From contig NC_058368.1 of NCBI RefSeq assembly GCF_018350175.1, positions 96,288,001 through 96,352,000 of the forward strand: DNA of 64,000 nt. Reading direction: 5' to 3'. Shown piece after piece: positions 36,719-49,913 of this stretch (its first letter is position 1; each line of letters starts with the position of its first letter). The notes below the pieces were generated by a model. That model made no database searches and was not told the origin of the DNA. It saw only the letters and a program-made list of their open reading frames with translations. Position numbers and translations under genes: made by a program. This DNA is from Felis catus. Lineage: Eukaryota.

Positions 36719-39700
36719 AAGACCTTTGTTTCATGAAGTGTATTCAATAAATATGTGTAAAATAGAGGGATAATGACCACAGAAAGAAAGTCTGAGGCAT
36801 GTACAATTGAACTGCACATTTGTCACCCCCAGTACTCAAAGAATATCATTCAAACTATTTCAGATCGGCCTAAAATTTTTCAGAGCAATTCGAGGTTCTG
36901 TTCAATTCCATCAAAAAGTGAATTTTGTTTTGTTGTGCTTTAGTTTCATCTCAATACTGGAAATACTCCGACATATTTTATATTGGCCTCAACCCTCTAA
37001 CTGCATGTTTTGCTTCAGCTAGATAGTTTAAAAAAAAAAATAGGAGAAAATGAAGAAGCCTAGCCTCACAAACTTATTTTAAAAAGAGCACTGGGGTAGG
37101 GGCTGAATAAAGCTGTAAATGAAAAATAAGAAGTCAAAGATCCCTCTAACCACATCAGATAAAATGCTTAAACATGTTTCAGAATGGGATACTTTCAATC
37201 CAAATGTAATGAAAATAGAAAACTTCTATGGAAAACCAAATATGTTAACCAGTTGAATAAATGAGGCTCAACAAAACATGAGAAAGTACATTGGAAGAAA
37301 TAATCTTGTTTAGAGGAGGAAATAGATTGGATAATATTATTTTGGAAAAAAAAAAAAACCTAAAAACATGCCTTAATGTTGACTAAGTACCTAGATCCAT
37401 TTCCTAGGATTTTGAGGAAAATAAAGTCATTATGTTTACTCCCACTTTTAACATTATATCAAAATTTGTATCAAAATTTAAAAGTCAACTTTGATTAAAA
37501 CATAATATTATTAGTTAATATATTAACTTATTAATAAGTTAATTATTAACTTATTAACTTAACAATATTAGTAAGTGAAAAGTAAGAAGACAATGTCTAC
37601 ACTGCTGTGGCATGGATATGATGCTTAGAAAGTAGCTGGAGGGTCAGGATTTAGCAACTGTATGCTAAATCCATAAAACCAGGTCTGAGTTTTTTAATTG
37701 AATATCTGTGAGGAAAGTATACACCTTACTAAAGAGACAAATACACAGGGAAAAGTATTCGAAGATAAATTTCATAGTTAAAAGTAAGTGGACTGTTCCA
37801 AAAAGGAAAAAAGTGATAGAGAAAAGATTAAAGCAGAGGAACCCTACTGATAAGAATGAAGAATATGTGGGATTCTTTAATGAGTTGGTCAACACAGTAA
37901 CAAATGCCTTGCCTGATAACCCAACCGTCAACAGGCCTAAGGTCCTTACTATAATTAAATGTGCGGTAAACTGTTACATCTGACTACAACCATATACTTT
38001 AGGCTCCAAAATGCCAGACCCCATATAATTGCTTCTTTGCCGAGAGGAAAGGTAAAGGTAAAATCTTTATGAATGTATTCAGGAAACAGAAGCAAATGTG
38101 TACTAATTCTGAACCCTCACAACACAAAAAGTACAAAACAACCTTGTATTAAAAGTTCAAATGGGCCTTCGAGGTCCAAGATGGCAGCCACACAACCTAC
38201 AACTACATATGGAGGAATGCCTCTTGAGGAAGAACTAAGGGGTGATTGAATGCTTCTGCACAACAGAAAGTAGAGGGAAGATACATGGAAAGGCAGTGTG
38301 ACAGAGAAACAGTAACCCATCACTGTTGCTGCAAAATGCTGAACAGAGGGAGATCAGTGAGGGGCCCATGTGTAGATTTCTTGCCCTTAAAAAAAAAAGT
38401 GATTTGAAGGACAGTTACACTTTAAGTGAAGGGAATCCATTTACTAACCCTAGAACTTCCCCACATGTGGGAGAATTACTGGATCTTTCTCCCAGCATCA
38501 CAGGCACTGGCAAGTGCCGTAGTTTATGTTCCCTCTCCAACATGATAGCACAGACAGAACAGTCTAGGTGCTCTAGCCAGCCTTCTAGGGCAGCCATGGT
38601 GATCCCTGGGCTCCCAGCCCACACTAGCTCCAGCTGGCCCACCAAGGGAACTATAGTGTGACCTTGATGAGGAGAACCCGAACCTGTTTCCAGTCTAACT
38701 CCAGCCACCTTAACAGGTGGCCTGCACACACCTGAGAAGCATGTGGCCCGTGCCCACTCAAATGCCATCCGTCTCACCACAGCATCCACTGTATGGAGTA
38801 CCCCAGCCTATGCCTACTCTACCTCCAGTTATCTTGCCAGCATGGTCCAGGCATGGAGTACCCTTGTCCATACCCACTCCAGTCACCCTGCCAAGGTGAA
38901 TGCAACACCCCATCAGGCATCTGTTCCAGTTGGCCCTCTAGGCTGGCCCCCATATGGAGTGTGCCAGGACTTCTAGCACATGCCAGCTCCAGCTGTAGCT
39001 ATTCCTGTGTAAAGAACACTGCAGGCATTGCCCGCTTCAGCTTTAGACTTTCTGCTATTGTGGCTCTGGTGCAAAGAATCCTGGAGATGCCTGGTTTGGG
39101 GCTCTTACAGCTCCAGCTATCCTTTTGGGGTGGCCATAGTGCAGAGCAACCCAGGAACCAGATCCTACACCTGCTCTAACCAGCCAGCCAAAGCCACAAG
39201 GTACGTACAATTTCTACACAGTACGTTCCTACACAAGGCACCTCGTTTAAGACAGGAAAAGTAGCTGTTCCACCTAATTCATAGAAACAAATATAGAAAA
39301 GAACACAGAGTGAGAAAGCATAAAACTGTGTTCCAAATGAAAGAACAAAACCTTAGAAAGAACCACCTGAAATGGAGATAAGCCATCTACTTCGTAAAAA
39401 GTACAAAGTAATGATCACAAAGGTGCTCCAGGGACTTGAGAGAAAGGTGGATGTACTCAGGGACAATGTCAACAAAGAGACAGAAAATATGAAAAAATAT
39501 ATCAAATTTGAATAAAATGAAAATTAGAATAGAAAGAATCAACAGCAGATTGGACCATGCAGAAGCAGTGATCAGTGATTTACAAGACAGGGTGGTGGAA
39601 AGCACCCAAGCTGAGCAGCAGAAAGAAAGAAGAATTTAAAAATTAGGATGGCTTAAGGAAATTCTGTGATGAAGTCAAGAACAATAACTTTCACATTATG

Positions 39701-40680
39701 GCCCTTCCAGAAGAAGAAGAGACAGAGGAGGTAAAACACTTGTTTGAAAAAATGATAGCTTAAAGTATCCCCAACATGGGAAAATAAGCAAATATCCAGG
39801 CCTATGAAATAGAGAAAGCCTTTTCCAAGATTAACACCAAAGAAGTACACAACAAGACATATAATAATTAAAATGGCAAAAATAAAAGAGAATCTAAAAG
39901 TGGAAAGACAAAAAACCAAAAGTTACATACCAGAGAAACCCAATAAGGCTATCACTGATTGTTCAGTAGAAACGCTGCTGACCAGAAGGGTGGGACATGA
40001 TATATTCAAAGGGCTGAAAGAAAAAACAAAAACAAAAATATAACCAAAAATATTGTGCACAGCAAGATTATCATTTAGAATTGAAGAAGGAATAAAGAAT
40101 TTTAAAGAAAAACGTGAAGTTCATCACCACTAAATCAGCCTTACCTGAAACATTAAAGGGACTTCTCTATATGGAAAAGAAAAGGTCATCAGAAGAAAAT
40201 TATGAAAAGAAAAAAATTTCATTGGTAAAAGCAAACATACAATAAAAGTAGTAGATTAATCACTTACAAAGGTAGTATAACATTAAAATACACTAATAGT
40301 AAAATCAAGTCTATCTAAAAAATAAAGGGTACACAAAATGACATAAAATGTGACAGTTATATTTAAAAATACGGAGGGGGATAATAAAAACGTAGCTCTT
40401 TTAGAAGGTGTTCATACTGCTATATATATAGGATTTTATATATGGACCTCACAGTTCACAAAACAAAAACCTACGATTCATTCACAAAGGTAAAGAGAAA
40501 GGATTCCAAACATGACACTAAAGAAAATCATCATATCTATCCCAAGGGAAGAGAAAAAAGAAGGAACAGAGAACTACAAAAAAACAACCCGGAAAACAAT
40601 TAAGAAAATGGCAGTAAGTACCTATCTATCAATAACCACTTTAATGTAAATGAAATAAATGATCCAATCAAAAGAGTATC

Positions 40681-41029
40681 GGAGAGTGTGATGCTAAGTG
40701 AAATAAGCCATACAGAGAAAGACAGATACCATATGGTTTCACTTTTATGTGGACCCTGAGAAACTTAACAGGAACCCATGGGGGAGGGGAAGGAAAAAAA
40801 AAAAAACAGGTTAGAGTGGGAGAGAGCCAAAGCATAAGAGACTCTTAAAAACTGAGAACAAACTGAGGGTTGATGGGGGGTGGGAGGGAGGAGAGGGTGG
40901 GTGATGGGTATTGAGGAGGGCACCTTTTGGGATGAGCACTGGGTGTTGTATGGAAACCAATTTGTCAATAAATTTCATATAAAAAAAAATTAAAAAAAAA
41001 ATAGAGCTCAGGTTGAAAAAAAAAAAAAA
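40681..41029 (+). mobile_element. Young felid L1 3' fragment (5'-truncated) with double poly(A)
   Basis: GGGATGAGCACTGGGTGTTGTATGGAAACCAATTTG 3' UTR; perfect TSD AAAAGAGTATC. Confidence 0.95.
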
Positions 41030-41206
41030 AAAAGAGTATCTAAGTAGATAAGACAAAACCAAAACCAAAACAAAAACGAAGTACATTCTTCCCACAATAG
41101 ATTCACTTCAGAACTAAAGACACATACACTCTGAAAGTAAAGGTGTGGAAAAATATACTCCACCTAAAAGAAAGAAGGAAAATAAGGCTGGATTAGCAAT
41201 AGACAT

Positions 41207-41416
41207 TATGTATGTATGTACTTATTTATTTCATGTTTGCTCATTTGAGAGAGAGAGAGCGTGAGCAGAGGAGGGGCAGAGAGAGGGAGACACAGAATCC
41301 AAAGCAGGCTCCAGGATCTGAGCTTCCAGCACAGAGCCAGAAGTGGCACTCGAATCCACAAACCCTGAGATCATGAACCGAGCTGAAGTCAATTGACTGA
41401 GCCACCCAAGCACCCC
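41207..41416 (-). mobile_element. Can-SINE in L1
   Basis: SINE consensus; TSD AGCAATAGAC(A/T)TTA. Confidence 0.95.
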
Positions 41417-42229
41417 AGCAATAGACTTTAAAATCAAAACTGTAACAAGAGACAGAGAAGGGTATTACAGAATGATAAAAGGCTGAGTCCAACAAGAGGA
41501 AGTAACAATTGTAAACATCTGTGCTTCCAACACAGGAGGATCTAAATATAGAAAGTAAATATTAACAGATAATAAAGGAAGAAACTGATAATAATATAAT
41601 AATAGTAGGGATTTTAACACCCCACTTGTATCAATGGATAAATCATCCAGATAGAAAATCAACAGGGAAACAATGGCTTTAAATGACACCTTAGACCAGA
41701 TGGACTAAAAAGATATATGCAGAATATTCTATCCAAAATCAACATAATAAACATTCTTTTCAGGTACATATGGAACATTCTCCAGGATGTATCACATTAG
41801 GCCACAAAAAAAGTTTCAAACATTTTTAAATGGTTGAACTAATAAAGCTTATTCTCTGGCCACAAGGTTATGAAACTAGAAATAAATTTCAAGAAGAAAA
41901 AAATCAACAAAATACAAATGGAGGCAAATTAAAAAAAAAATGTTACTCAAAACCTAGAGGCTAAGGAGCAAAATCAGAGAGAAAATTTAAAAATATCTAG
42001 AGACTGACAAAAAAAGAAAGAAACAGAATGTTTAAAAATTGGGGGAATGCAGCAAAAGCTATTCTAAATGGGAAATTTATAGAAAATAAGCCTACCTCAA
42101 AAATAAGGAAAAATCTCAAAAATGACACAATCTAAACTTTGCCTAGAGGAATTAATAATACGAACAAAGTCCAAAGTTAGGAGAAGGAAGGAAATCATTA
42201 TGATCATGTAAACTATTAAGAAAACAATA

Positions 42230-42422
42230 GGGGAGCACCTGTGTGGCTCAGTCAGTTGACTGCCCAACTCTTGATTTGGGCTCAGGTCGTAGCAACAGTC
42301 ATGAGATTGAGCCCTGCATAGGGCTCCGTGGTGAACATGTTGCCTGCTTGGGATTCTCTCTCTCCCTCTCTCTCTGCCTCCTTTTCTCTTCCTCTCAAAA
42401 TAAACAAACATTAAAAAAAAAT
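42230..42422 (+). mobile_element. Can-SINE in L1
   Basis: Diverged SINE head, (CT)n, A tail. Confidence 0.92.
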
Positions 42423-42621
42423 AGGAAAAAATCAAAACTGAGAGTTGGTTCTTTGAAAACAAAAACAAAATTGATAAATGTTTATCCAGAGTTATCACAA
42501 CAAAACAAAACAAAAAAAACAAAAAAGGAGGACTCAAATAAAAGTAGAAATAAAAGTTAAAACTGACACCCAGAAACAGAAATACAAATAGTAGAAGAGA
42601 CTCGGTAAAAATTATAAATCA

Positions 42622-42820
42622 GGGGCACCTGGGTGGCTCAGTAAGTGTCCAAATTTACCTCAGGTCATGATCTCAGGGTTTGTGAGTCTGATCCCCACAT
42701 TGGGCTCTGTGCTGACAGCGCACAGCCTAGAGCTTGCTTCACATTCTGTGTCTCCTTCTTTCTCTGCCCCTCCCCTGCTCGTCCTCTCTCCGTCTCTCAA
42801 AATCAAATAATCATTAAAAA
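42622..42820 (+). mobile_element. Can-SINE in L1
   Basis: TSD AAAATT(A/T)TAAATCA. Confidence 0.95.
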
Positions 42821-43151
42821 TTTTAAATCAACAAATTGGAAAACCTAGCAGAAATTGATAAATTCCTAGAAACATATCTTTAAAAACTGAATCAGGAGAA
42901 AATAGAAAACCTAGAAAGACCAATTACTAGTAATGAAATAAAATCAGTGATCAAAAGCTCCCAATGAACACAAGTCCAGGACCAGATGGCTTCACATATT
43001 AATTTTATCAAAATTTAAAGAAGAGCTAATATATATCCTTGCCAGAATATTCCAAAAATTTGAGGAAGAAACTTTTCCCAATTTCTATTATGAGCCTGCA
43101 TTACCCTGAAACCATAACCAGACAAAGACACTATAAAAAAAGTTAAAATTA

Positions 43152-43358
43152 GGGGCGCCTGGGTGGCAGTCGGTTCAGCGTCTGACTTCGGCTCAGGTCA
43201 TGATCTCAGGGCTCGTGGGTTCGAGCCCCACATCAGGCTCTGTGCTGACAGCTCAGAGCCTGGAGCCTCTTCAGATTCTGTGCCTCCCTCTCTCTCTGAC
43301 CCTGACCCACTTGCATTCTGTCTCTCTCTCTCAAAAATAAATAAACATTAAAAAAAAA
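43152..43358 (+). mobile_element. Can-SINE in L1
   Basis: TSD AAAGTTAAAATTA. Confidence 0.96.
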
Positions 43359-43372
43359 AAGTTAAAATTACA

Positions 43373-43790
43373 GGAGCCCCTGGGTGATTCAGTTCGTTAA
43401 GTTCCAGACTTTGGCTCAGGTTCTTTGAAAACATAAACAAAATTGATAAATGTTTATCCAGAATTATCAAAACAAAAAACAAAAACAAAAAAAAGGAAGA
43501 CTCAAATAAAGTTAAAACTGACACCCAGAAACACAAATACAAATATTAAAAGAGACTCTGTAAAAATTATAAATCAGGGGCACCTGGGTGGCTCAGTCAT
43601 TTAAGTGTCCAGCTTTGGCTCAGGTCATGATCTCATGGTTTGTGAGTTTGAGCCCTGTACTGGGCTCTGTGCTGACAGCTTAGAGCCTGGAGTCTGCTTC
43701 AGGTTCTGTGTCTCCCCCTCTCACTGCTCCTCCCCTGCTCACAGTTTGTCTCTATCTCTCAAAAATAAATAAAACATTAAAAAAAATTAA
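43373..43790 (+). mobile_element. Can-SINE split by a duplicated L1/SINE segment
   Basis: SINE head at 43373-43420, copy of ~42447-42640, then SINE body to 43790; TSD TTAAAATTACAG encloses the whole unit. Confidence 0.85.
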
Positions 43791-46589
43791 AATTACAGAC
43801 TAATATCCCTGATGAACATAGTTACAAAAATCCTCCACAAAATATTAGCAAGCCAAATCCAACAATACATTAAGAGGATCGTTCACCACCATCACCTGCG
43901 TTTTATTCAGGGGATGCAAGGATGGCTCAATATCTGTAAATCAATTAACATATATATCACATTAATAAAAAAAAACAAAAATCACATGATTATCTCAACA
44001 AATGGAAAAAAGGCATATGACAAAATTAAACATCGATTTGTGATAAAAAAAAAAATCTCAACAGAGTGGGATTAGAGGGAACATAGCTCAACATAATAAA
44101 GGCCATACATGAAAAACCCACAGCTAACATTGTATTCAATGGTGAAAAGCTAAAGATTTTTCTTTAAGATTAGGAACAAGGCAAAGTTGTCCACTCTTAC
44201 TACTTTTATTCTGCATAGTACTAGAAGTCCTGGACACAGCAGTAAGACCAGAAATGAAATAAAAGTGTCCAAATTGATAAGGAAGAAGTTATACTGTTAC
44301 TCTTTGTAGTGACATATTCCATATAGAAAATCCTGAAGACTCCATCAGAAAACTAAACATATAAATAATTTCAGTTAGGGTATAGGAATCAATAATCAAT
44401 ATACAGCATCTGGTACGTTTTTACACACTAAAAACAAAGTAGCAAAAAGAGAAAATAAGAAAACAGTTCCATTTACAATTGCATCATAAAAAAATAAAAT
44501 ACCTAGGAATAAATTTAACAAAGGAGATGAAAGTCCTATATTCTGAAAATTATAAAACCTGGATAAATCAAGTCAGAGATGGCACAAATAAATGAAAAAA
44601 TATATACCACTAATAAGAATATTATTAAAAAACCTATTCCACCGAAACCATTCAGTGCAGTCCCTAACATGATACCAATAGTATTTTTCGCAGACCTAAA
44701 CCAAAAAATCCTAAAATTTATAGGGAAGGACAAAACACCCTGAACAGCTAAAGCAATCTTGAGATAAAACAACAACAACAACAACAAAACAAAACAAAAC
44801 AAAAAAACTAGAGAGCTATCACAATCTCAGAACTCAAACTATTTTATAAAGGTGTAGCAATCAAAACAGTATGGTACTATACAAAGTAGACATGTGGATG
44901 AGTGGAACAGAATAGAGAACCCAGAAATAATCCCATGCTTATATGGTCACTTAATCTTCAATAAAGGAGGCAGGAATCTACTATAGGAAAAGGCAGTCTT
45001 TAATAAATGGTTATGGGAAAACTGGACAGCTACATACAAAAGAATGAAACTGGACCATTTTCTTACACTACAGACAAAAATAAACCCAAATGTATTAAAG
45101 ACCTGTATTAGGACCTAAAACCATAAAACTCCTAGAAGAAAATATAAACAGTAATCTCTTGAACATTGATCTGAATCTGTATCTTCAGGCAAGGGAAACA
45201 AAAGCAAAAATAAACTATTAGGACTACATCAAACCAAAAAGTTTTGCAAAGCAAAGGTAACCATCAACAAAATGAAAAGGCAGCCTACTGAATGGAAGAT
45301 GTTTGAAGATGATTTAGCTGATAGGATGTTAATTTCCAAAATATATAAAGTCCTCCTACAACTCAAAAAAAGAAAAGATTAAAAAATGGGCAGAGGACGA
45401 GAATACATATATTTCCAAAGACTTACAGATGGGCAACAGACACGTGAAAAGATGCTCAACATCGCTAATCATCAGAGAAATGCAAATCAAAACTACAATT
45501 GAGTATCACTCTTTTGGCTAGTGTCAAAAAGACAATAAATGACAAGTGGTGGCAAGGATGTGGAGAAAAGGGGACCCTCATGCACTGTTGGCAGGAATAT
45601 AAAACTAGGGCAGCCAGTATGGAAAACTGTAGGAGGATCCTCAAAAAAGTAAAAATAGAAATACCATACGACCCAGTAATTTCACTCCTGGTTATCTGCC
45701 ATAAGAAAATGGAAATGCCAATAAAAAAAATGAAAATACTAATTCAAAATATATATGGATCTATGCAGTCCTATGTTTACTGCAACATTACTTACTATTT
45801 GCAATAGCCACAATATGAAAGCAACCTAAGTGTCCAAATGGATAAAGAAAATGTGGTATACCAAATGAAATATCACTTATTCATAGAAATAGATATAATT
45901 TTGCCAGTTCCAGCATCACAGACTGACTTAGAGGATATTATGCTAAGTGAAATAAATGAGACAGAAAAAGTCAGAGACAGTGGGATTTGTACACGTAAAA
46001 AGCAAAACCCATAACAAAAATAGAAATAGGCTGATAATTATGGACAACAAAGTAGTGGTTTCCAGAAGGGGAGTCTGTGGGGGGATAGGTGAAATACATA
46101 GAAGAGATTAAAAGGTACAAACTTGCAGTTATGAAATAAATAATTCATGAGCATCTAAAGTATAGCATGGGAAATGCAGTCAACAATATTATAATAATTT
46201 TATATGGTGACAGATGGTAACTAGATTTACAGTGATCATTTTATAATGGATATAATTGTTGAATCACTATGTTTTTGAAATATTGTACATCAACTATATT
46301 TGAATTAAAAATTTAAAAATACAAATAGAAAAGGAGAAGCAGTCTTTATATTAAAGAGAAAGGATAACCCTAAAACTTATCTTTTGAGCTGGAAAAGTGC
46401 TATCTATTCAGAGAACTTGATAGAAGATCATGAGATCTTTATGAGCAAAGGTTTAATGTTTTCATTCCCAATACATTTACATTGGTGTACGCAATGTTTA
46501 CTATAGAATAGACTCTCAATAAATATATATTTCAAATAAAACCTTGTTACATCTACTATGGAACTTCCCTTCTGAAAATATTTAACCAG

Positions 46590-47110
46590 AATTCTATAAA
46601 TCCTTTACATTCAATTTCTGACTTACAATGCAAAGGATAGAGGAACACTTTCAGTGTCATCAAAAGAAAAAATGTGAGAAATCTAGAATGTAAGACATTT
46701 TATTAGACAACTGGTGGGGTTTCTTCAAAACTCCATGAAAGTCATAAAAAGGTATTTTTAAAATTAAAAGAAACACAAATTAATTATAACATTAATATGT
46801 TATGATCAAGAGGTTTTGCATGAAACTGAGTATGATGTAAATGTTAGATGGTGTCAGGGAATTACTGGTAGGTATGATAAAGGTATTAAGTGGTACTTAA
46901 CACAATGTCCTTATTTCCTATTGATCCCATACTGAAGTACATAAGGTGAATGCTATGATTTTTGTACCTCACTATAAAATTATTCTAGCAAGTAGATGAA
47001 ACAAATATGCCAAATGTTAACAGCTGCTAAGCCAGTGTTGGGTATATTGTTACTCATTATATAATTATTTTCATATGTTTGAAAATACTATAATAAAAAA
47101 TAAAGTTATA
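46590..47110 (+). mobile_element. Ancient L1 3' UTR (L1MC4/L1ME-like)
   Basis: AATCTAGAATGTAAGACATTTTATTAGACAACTGG...GATGAAACAAATATGCCAAATGTTAACA...TAATAAAAAA. Confidence 0.7.
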
Positions 47111-47349
47111 AAAGAAAAAAAGAGAATTATTGGTGGAGTAGCAAAGACTTTTTCCCCAATCTACATCAATATATGAATTGACATTTTTATTTAATACAAG
47201 TCTCAAAATTCCTTATTTGGGGAATAAAAACTTTCTAAGAATTCTATCCCTTTGATACATTAATTTCAGGTTTGATTTGATACATTCTATAATAGCATTT
47301 TTATTTCCTTTGTGCATTCAATACCTTCCTCTTCAATAATGTCTTCTAA

Positions 47350-47445
47350 GAAAGATGAAAAAAAGGAAGAAAGAAAGAAGGGAGAAATGGAGGGAAGAAA
47401 TAAAAGAAGGAAGGAGAGAATGAAAAAAGGAAGGCAGGCAGACAG
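47350..47445. repeat. Purine-rich (GAAA/GGAA) low-complexity tract
   Basis: Direct reading. Confidence 0.9.
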
Positions 47446-47656
47446 GCTGGCAAGCTGGATTACACTCGATTGGATGCAACTAAACTTTCTCATCAGTTAA
47501 AATTTCCCACAAGGTCCTTGCTTGAGGGGTTATAGGAAAACACAGAAAGTGACTCCTAAAGGCAGGCATCTCTTATGAATGGCATGCATTTTTTGAGCAT
47601 TATCTGCAATTTCAGAGATAACCCAGTGATATATCAGTATTAAAAAATTCATCACA

Positions 47657-48060
47657 TGAGTGGATAAAGAAATTGTGGTTTATATACACCACGGAATACT
47701 ACATGGCAATGAAAAGGAATGAAATCTGGCCTTTTGTAGCAAGGTGGATGGAACTGGAGAGTGTTATGCTAAGTGAAATAAGTCATACAGAGAAAGACAG
47801 ATACCATATGTTTTCACTCTTATGTGGATCCTGAGAAACTTGACAGAAGACCATGGAGGAAGGGAAGGGGAAAAAGTAAAGTTAGGGAGGGAGCCAAAAC
47901 ATAAGAGACTCTTAAGGGTTGACAACAAACTAAGGGTAGATGGGGGTTGGGAGAGAGGGGAGAGTGGGTGATGGGCATTGAAGAAGGCACCTGTTGGGAT
48001 GAGCACTGGTTGTTGTATGGAAACCAATGTGACAATATATTACATGTTAAAAAAAAAAAA
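47657..48060 (+). mobile_element. Felid L1 3' fragment
   Basis: Same 3' UTR as 40681-41029; poly(A); TSD AATT(C/A)ATCACA. Confidence 0.93.
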
Positions 48061-48494
48061 GAAGGAATTAATCACAGTATTTCTTATGACAAATTTCATG
48101 GAATTCTGTTTTTTCTTTGGTTTTTATTTTTGTTTTTCCTGTGGCTATCAATGTCGTTTTTGCCATTGGTCACTAATAGTTATTGCTACTCTTGAAACCA
48201 ATACTACATGGTATGGTAACTAACTTGAAGTTAAATAAATATAAAAAACAGTTATGCTTTTTTAAAGTTTTCTGTTGGTCCAAAAAGCTGAGGAAATTAA
48301 GAGTTAAACCAAACAGGCAAATTTATGTGCGGAACTTTTCAAATCCTTAAATATAGCACAATATTAGTGCTTTCCTAATTTAGTCTGGAATAAAACTTTA
48401 AAAAATTATCTTGAGAAAGACGTGTTCTATGTAACATCCTGAGAAAAGCTGCTTCCAATTTTTCCTCCAGACCAGGGAATATAAAATTAAGACT

Positions 48495-49030
48495 ATTAAA
48501 GTTTGAGTCCCTCTGTAAACCAGAGCCTGAGACAATCTTCTTTAAATAGGTAAATATATTATGGGAACTTATCCCAGGGAATATGAATGAAAAAATAGTT
48601 ATTATGAAACTGTTAAGGCATTTGAAATAACCAATTCAAGGATGCAATGAGTTGCTCACTGCCATGGGCAACTTGGAGTTTATGCTTCTTGGCATTCTTC
48701 CATGAACCATGGAGAAAAAAAATGCTGAATTGTCCAGCTGGGAGACTGTAGTTCCCTATTAATTAAGAATTTTCTGATAAGTCGTTAATTAGCTCATACT
48801 TGCAAGTTCATGCCTGAGTTAGAATGGATGCCTAGATCCACGTGGGTTCTGCACACCATGCAGCTTTGGCAAGATGTTGGCCCGGAATATGTGAAGCATA
48901 AGTCAAGACAGATCACGCTGCAGTGGGTCAGCAAAAATGGACACTGGCCTGGGGCTGGATACTGAAATCATTGATGGAACGACAGAGAGGAGTCCATAAA
49001 GAGAAGAGAGGTACTAAGATATCTTTCTGT
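48495..49030 (-). mobile_element. ERVL LTR relic (LTR16-like)
   Basis: CAGAGCCTGAGACAA...ATCCCAGGGA...ACTGCCATGGGCAACTTGGAG matches recalled LTR16 motifs; right boundary uncertain. Confidence 0.55.
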
Positions 49031-49913
49031 GTCAGAGAACTAAATGTGAACAGAGTAGGACACGTATTAGAAGAAATACATCAAGTAAACCATTAACAAG
49101 TAGGACAAAGTGTCCTTGAGGAAAGGTGAATATATAGGAACAGGTGACTGAACCTGAACAGAAGACATGAAGTCCTCTGAAAAGAAAGTAACTCTTCTCT
49201 TGTGGAATTCTCACCACTTCTTGTCCCTGTGGGGGTATCTGTTGTTGCACATCAGCCTTCTAATAAAGGACTGGCATTCTAATTATCATACTCTTGTAGC
49301 ACCATGGCAGCAATCCTTCATAAAACCAAGCAATCTTAGCTGACAATTGCACGAACTAGTGCTGAAGTTTATAGCAACAGTACTACTAGATTCACAGAGT
49401 ATACTTTCTTGGTGTATTGTCATCAAACAGCTATGTCAGCTCAGTCCTTCTAGTTGATTTCTGTCATCGTTTTGTATTACTTCTATTGGCATCCAAGACT
49501 TTAGATCTAATAGTCACTCATCTTGTTTCACACTGCCAGCACACAGGCTCCTGCTAATACTATTATCTTGCTTGCCTATCTTGGTTTGTGTACTAAGCCT
49601 TCCCTCTTTGCAGCCACATATCCAGGATCCTGGCTTCTCATTATACCAAGGTGAATCTCTTGGAACTGGGAGTAAGACTCCTTTAAATGTGCTTAAAGCA
49701 TTGTGATTCCTGATAGTGACACTTTATTGTACAGTTATGATAGATGAACAATCAGGTTGCATTACCCATTCTGGAAGTCCCACCATAAATTAATTCTCAT
49801 GAGAAATGTGTAAGAATGTTTCAGTCCCCATTTACATTCCTAGACACATCTTTTGAAGGATAGGAGACAAACTGACCCAACTAGATTCCCTTTTTTTTCC
49901 ATCCTTTACCTTC

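Larger units (their letters stand above)
38165..46320 (+). mobile_element. Near full-length decayed LINE-1 with multiple nested insertions
   Basis: Starts CCAAGATGGC; ORF1; ORF2 (MNIVTKILHKILASQIQQYIKRIVHHHHLRFIQGMQGWLNICKSIN); 3' end CAACTATATTTGAATTAAAAA. Confidence 0.93.
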
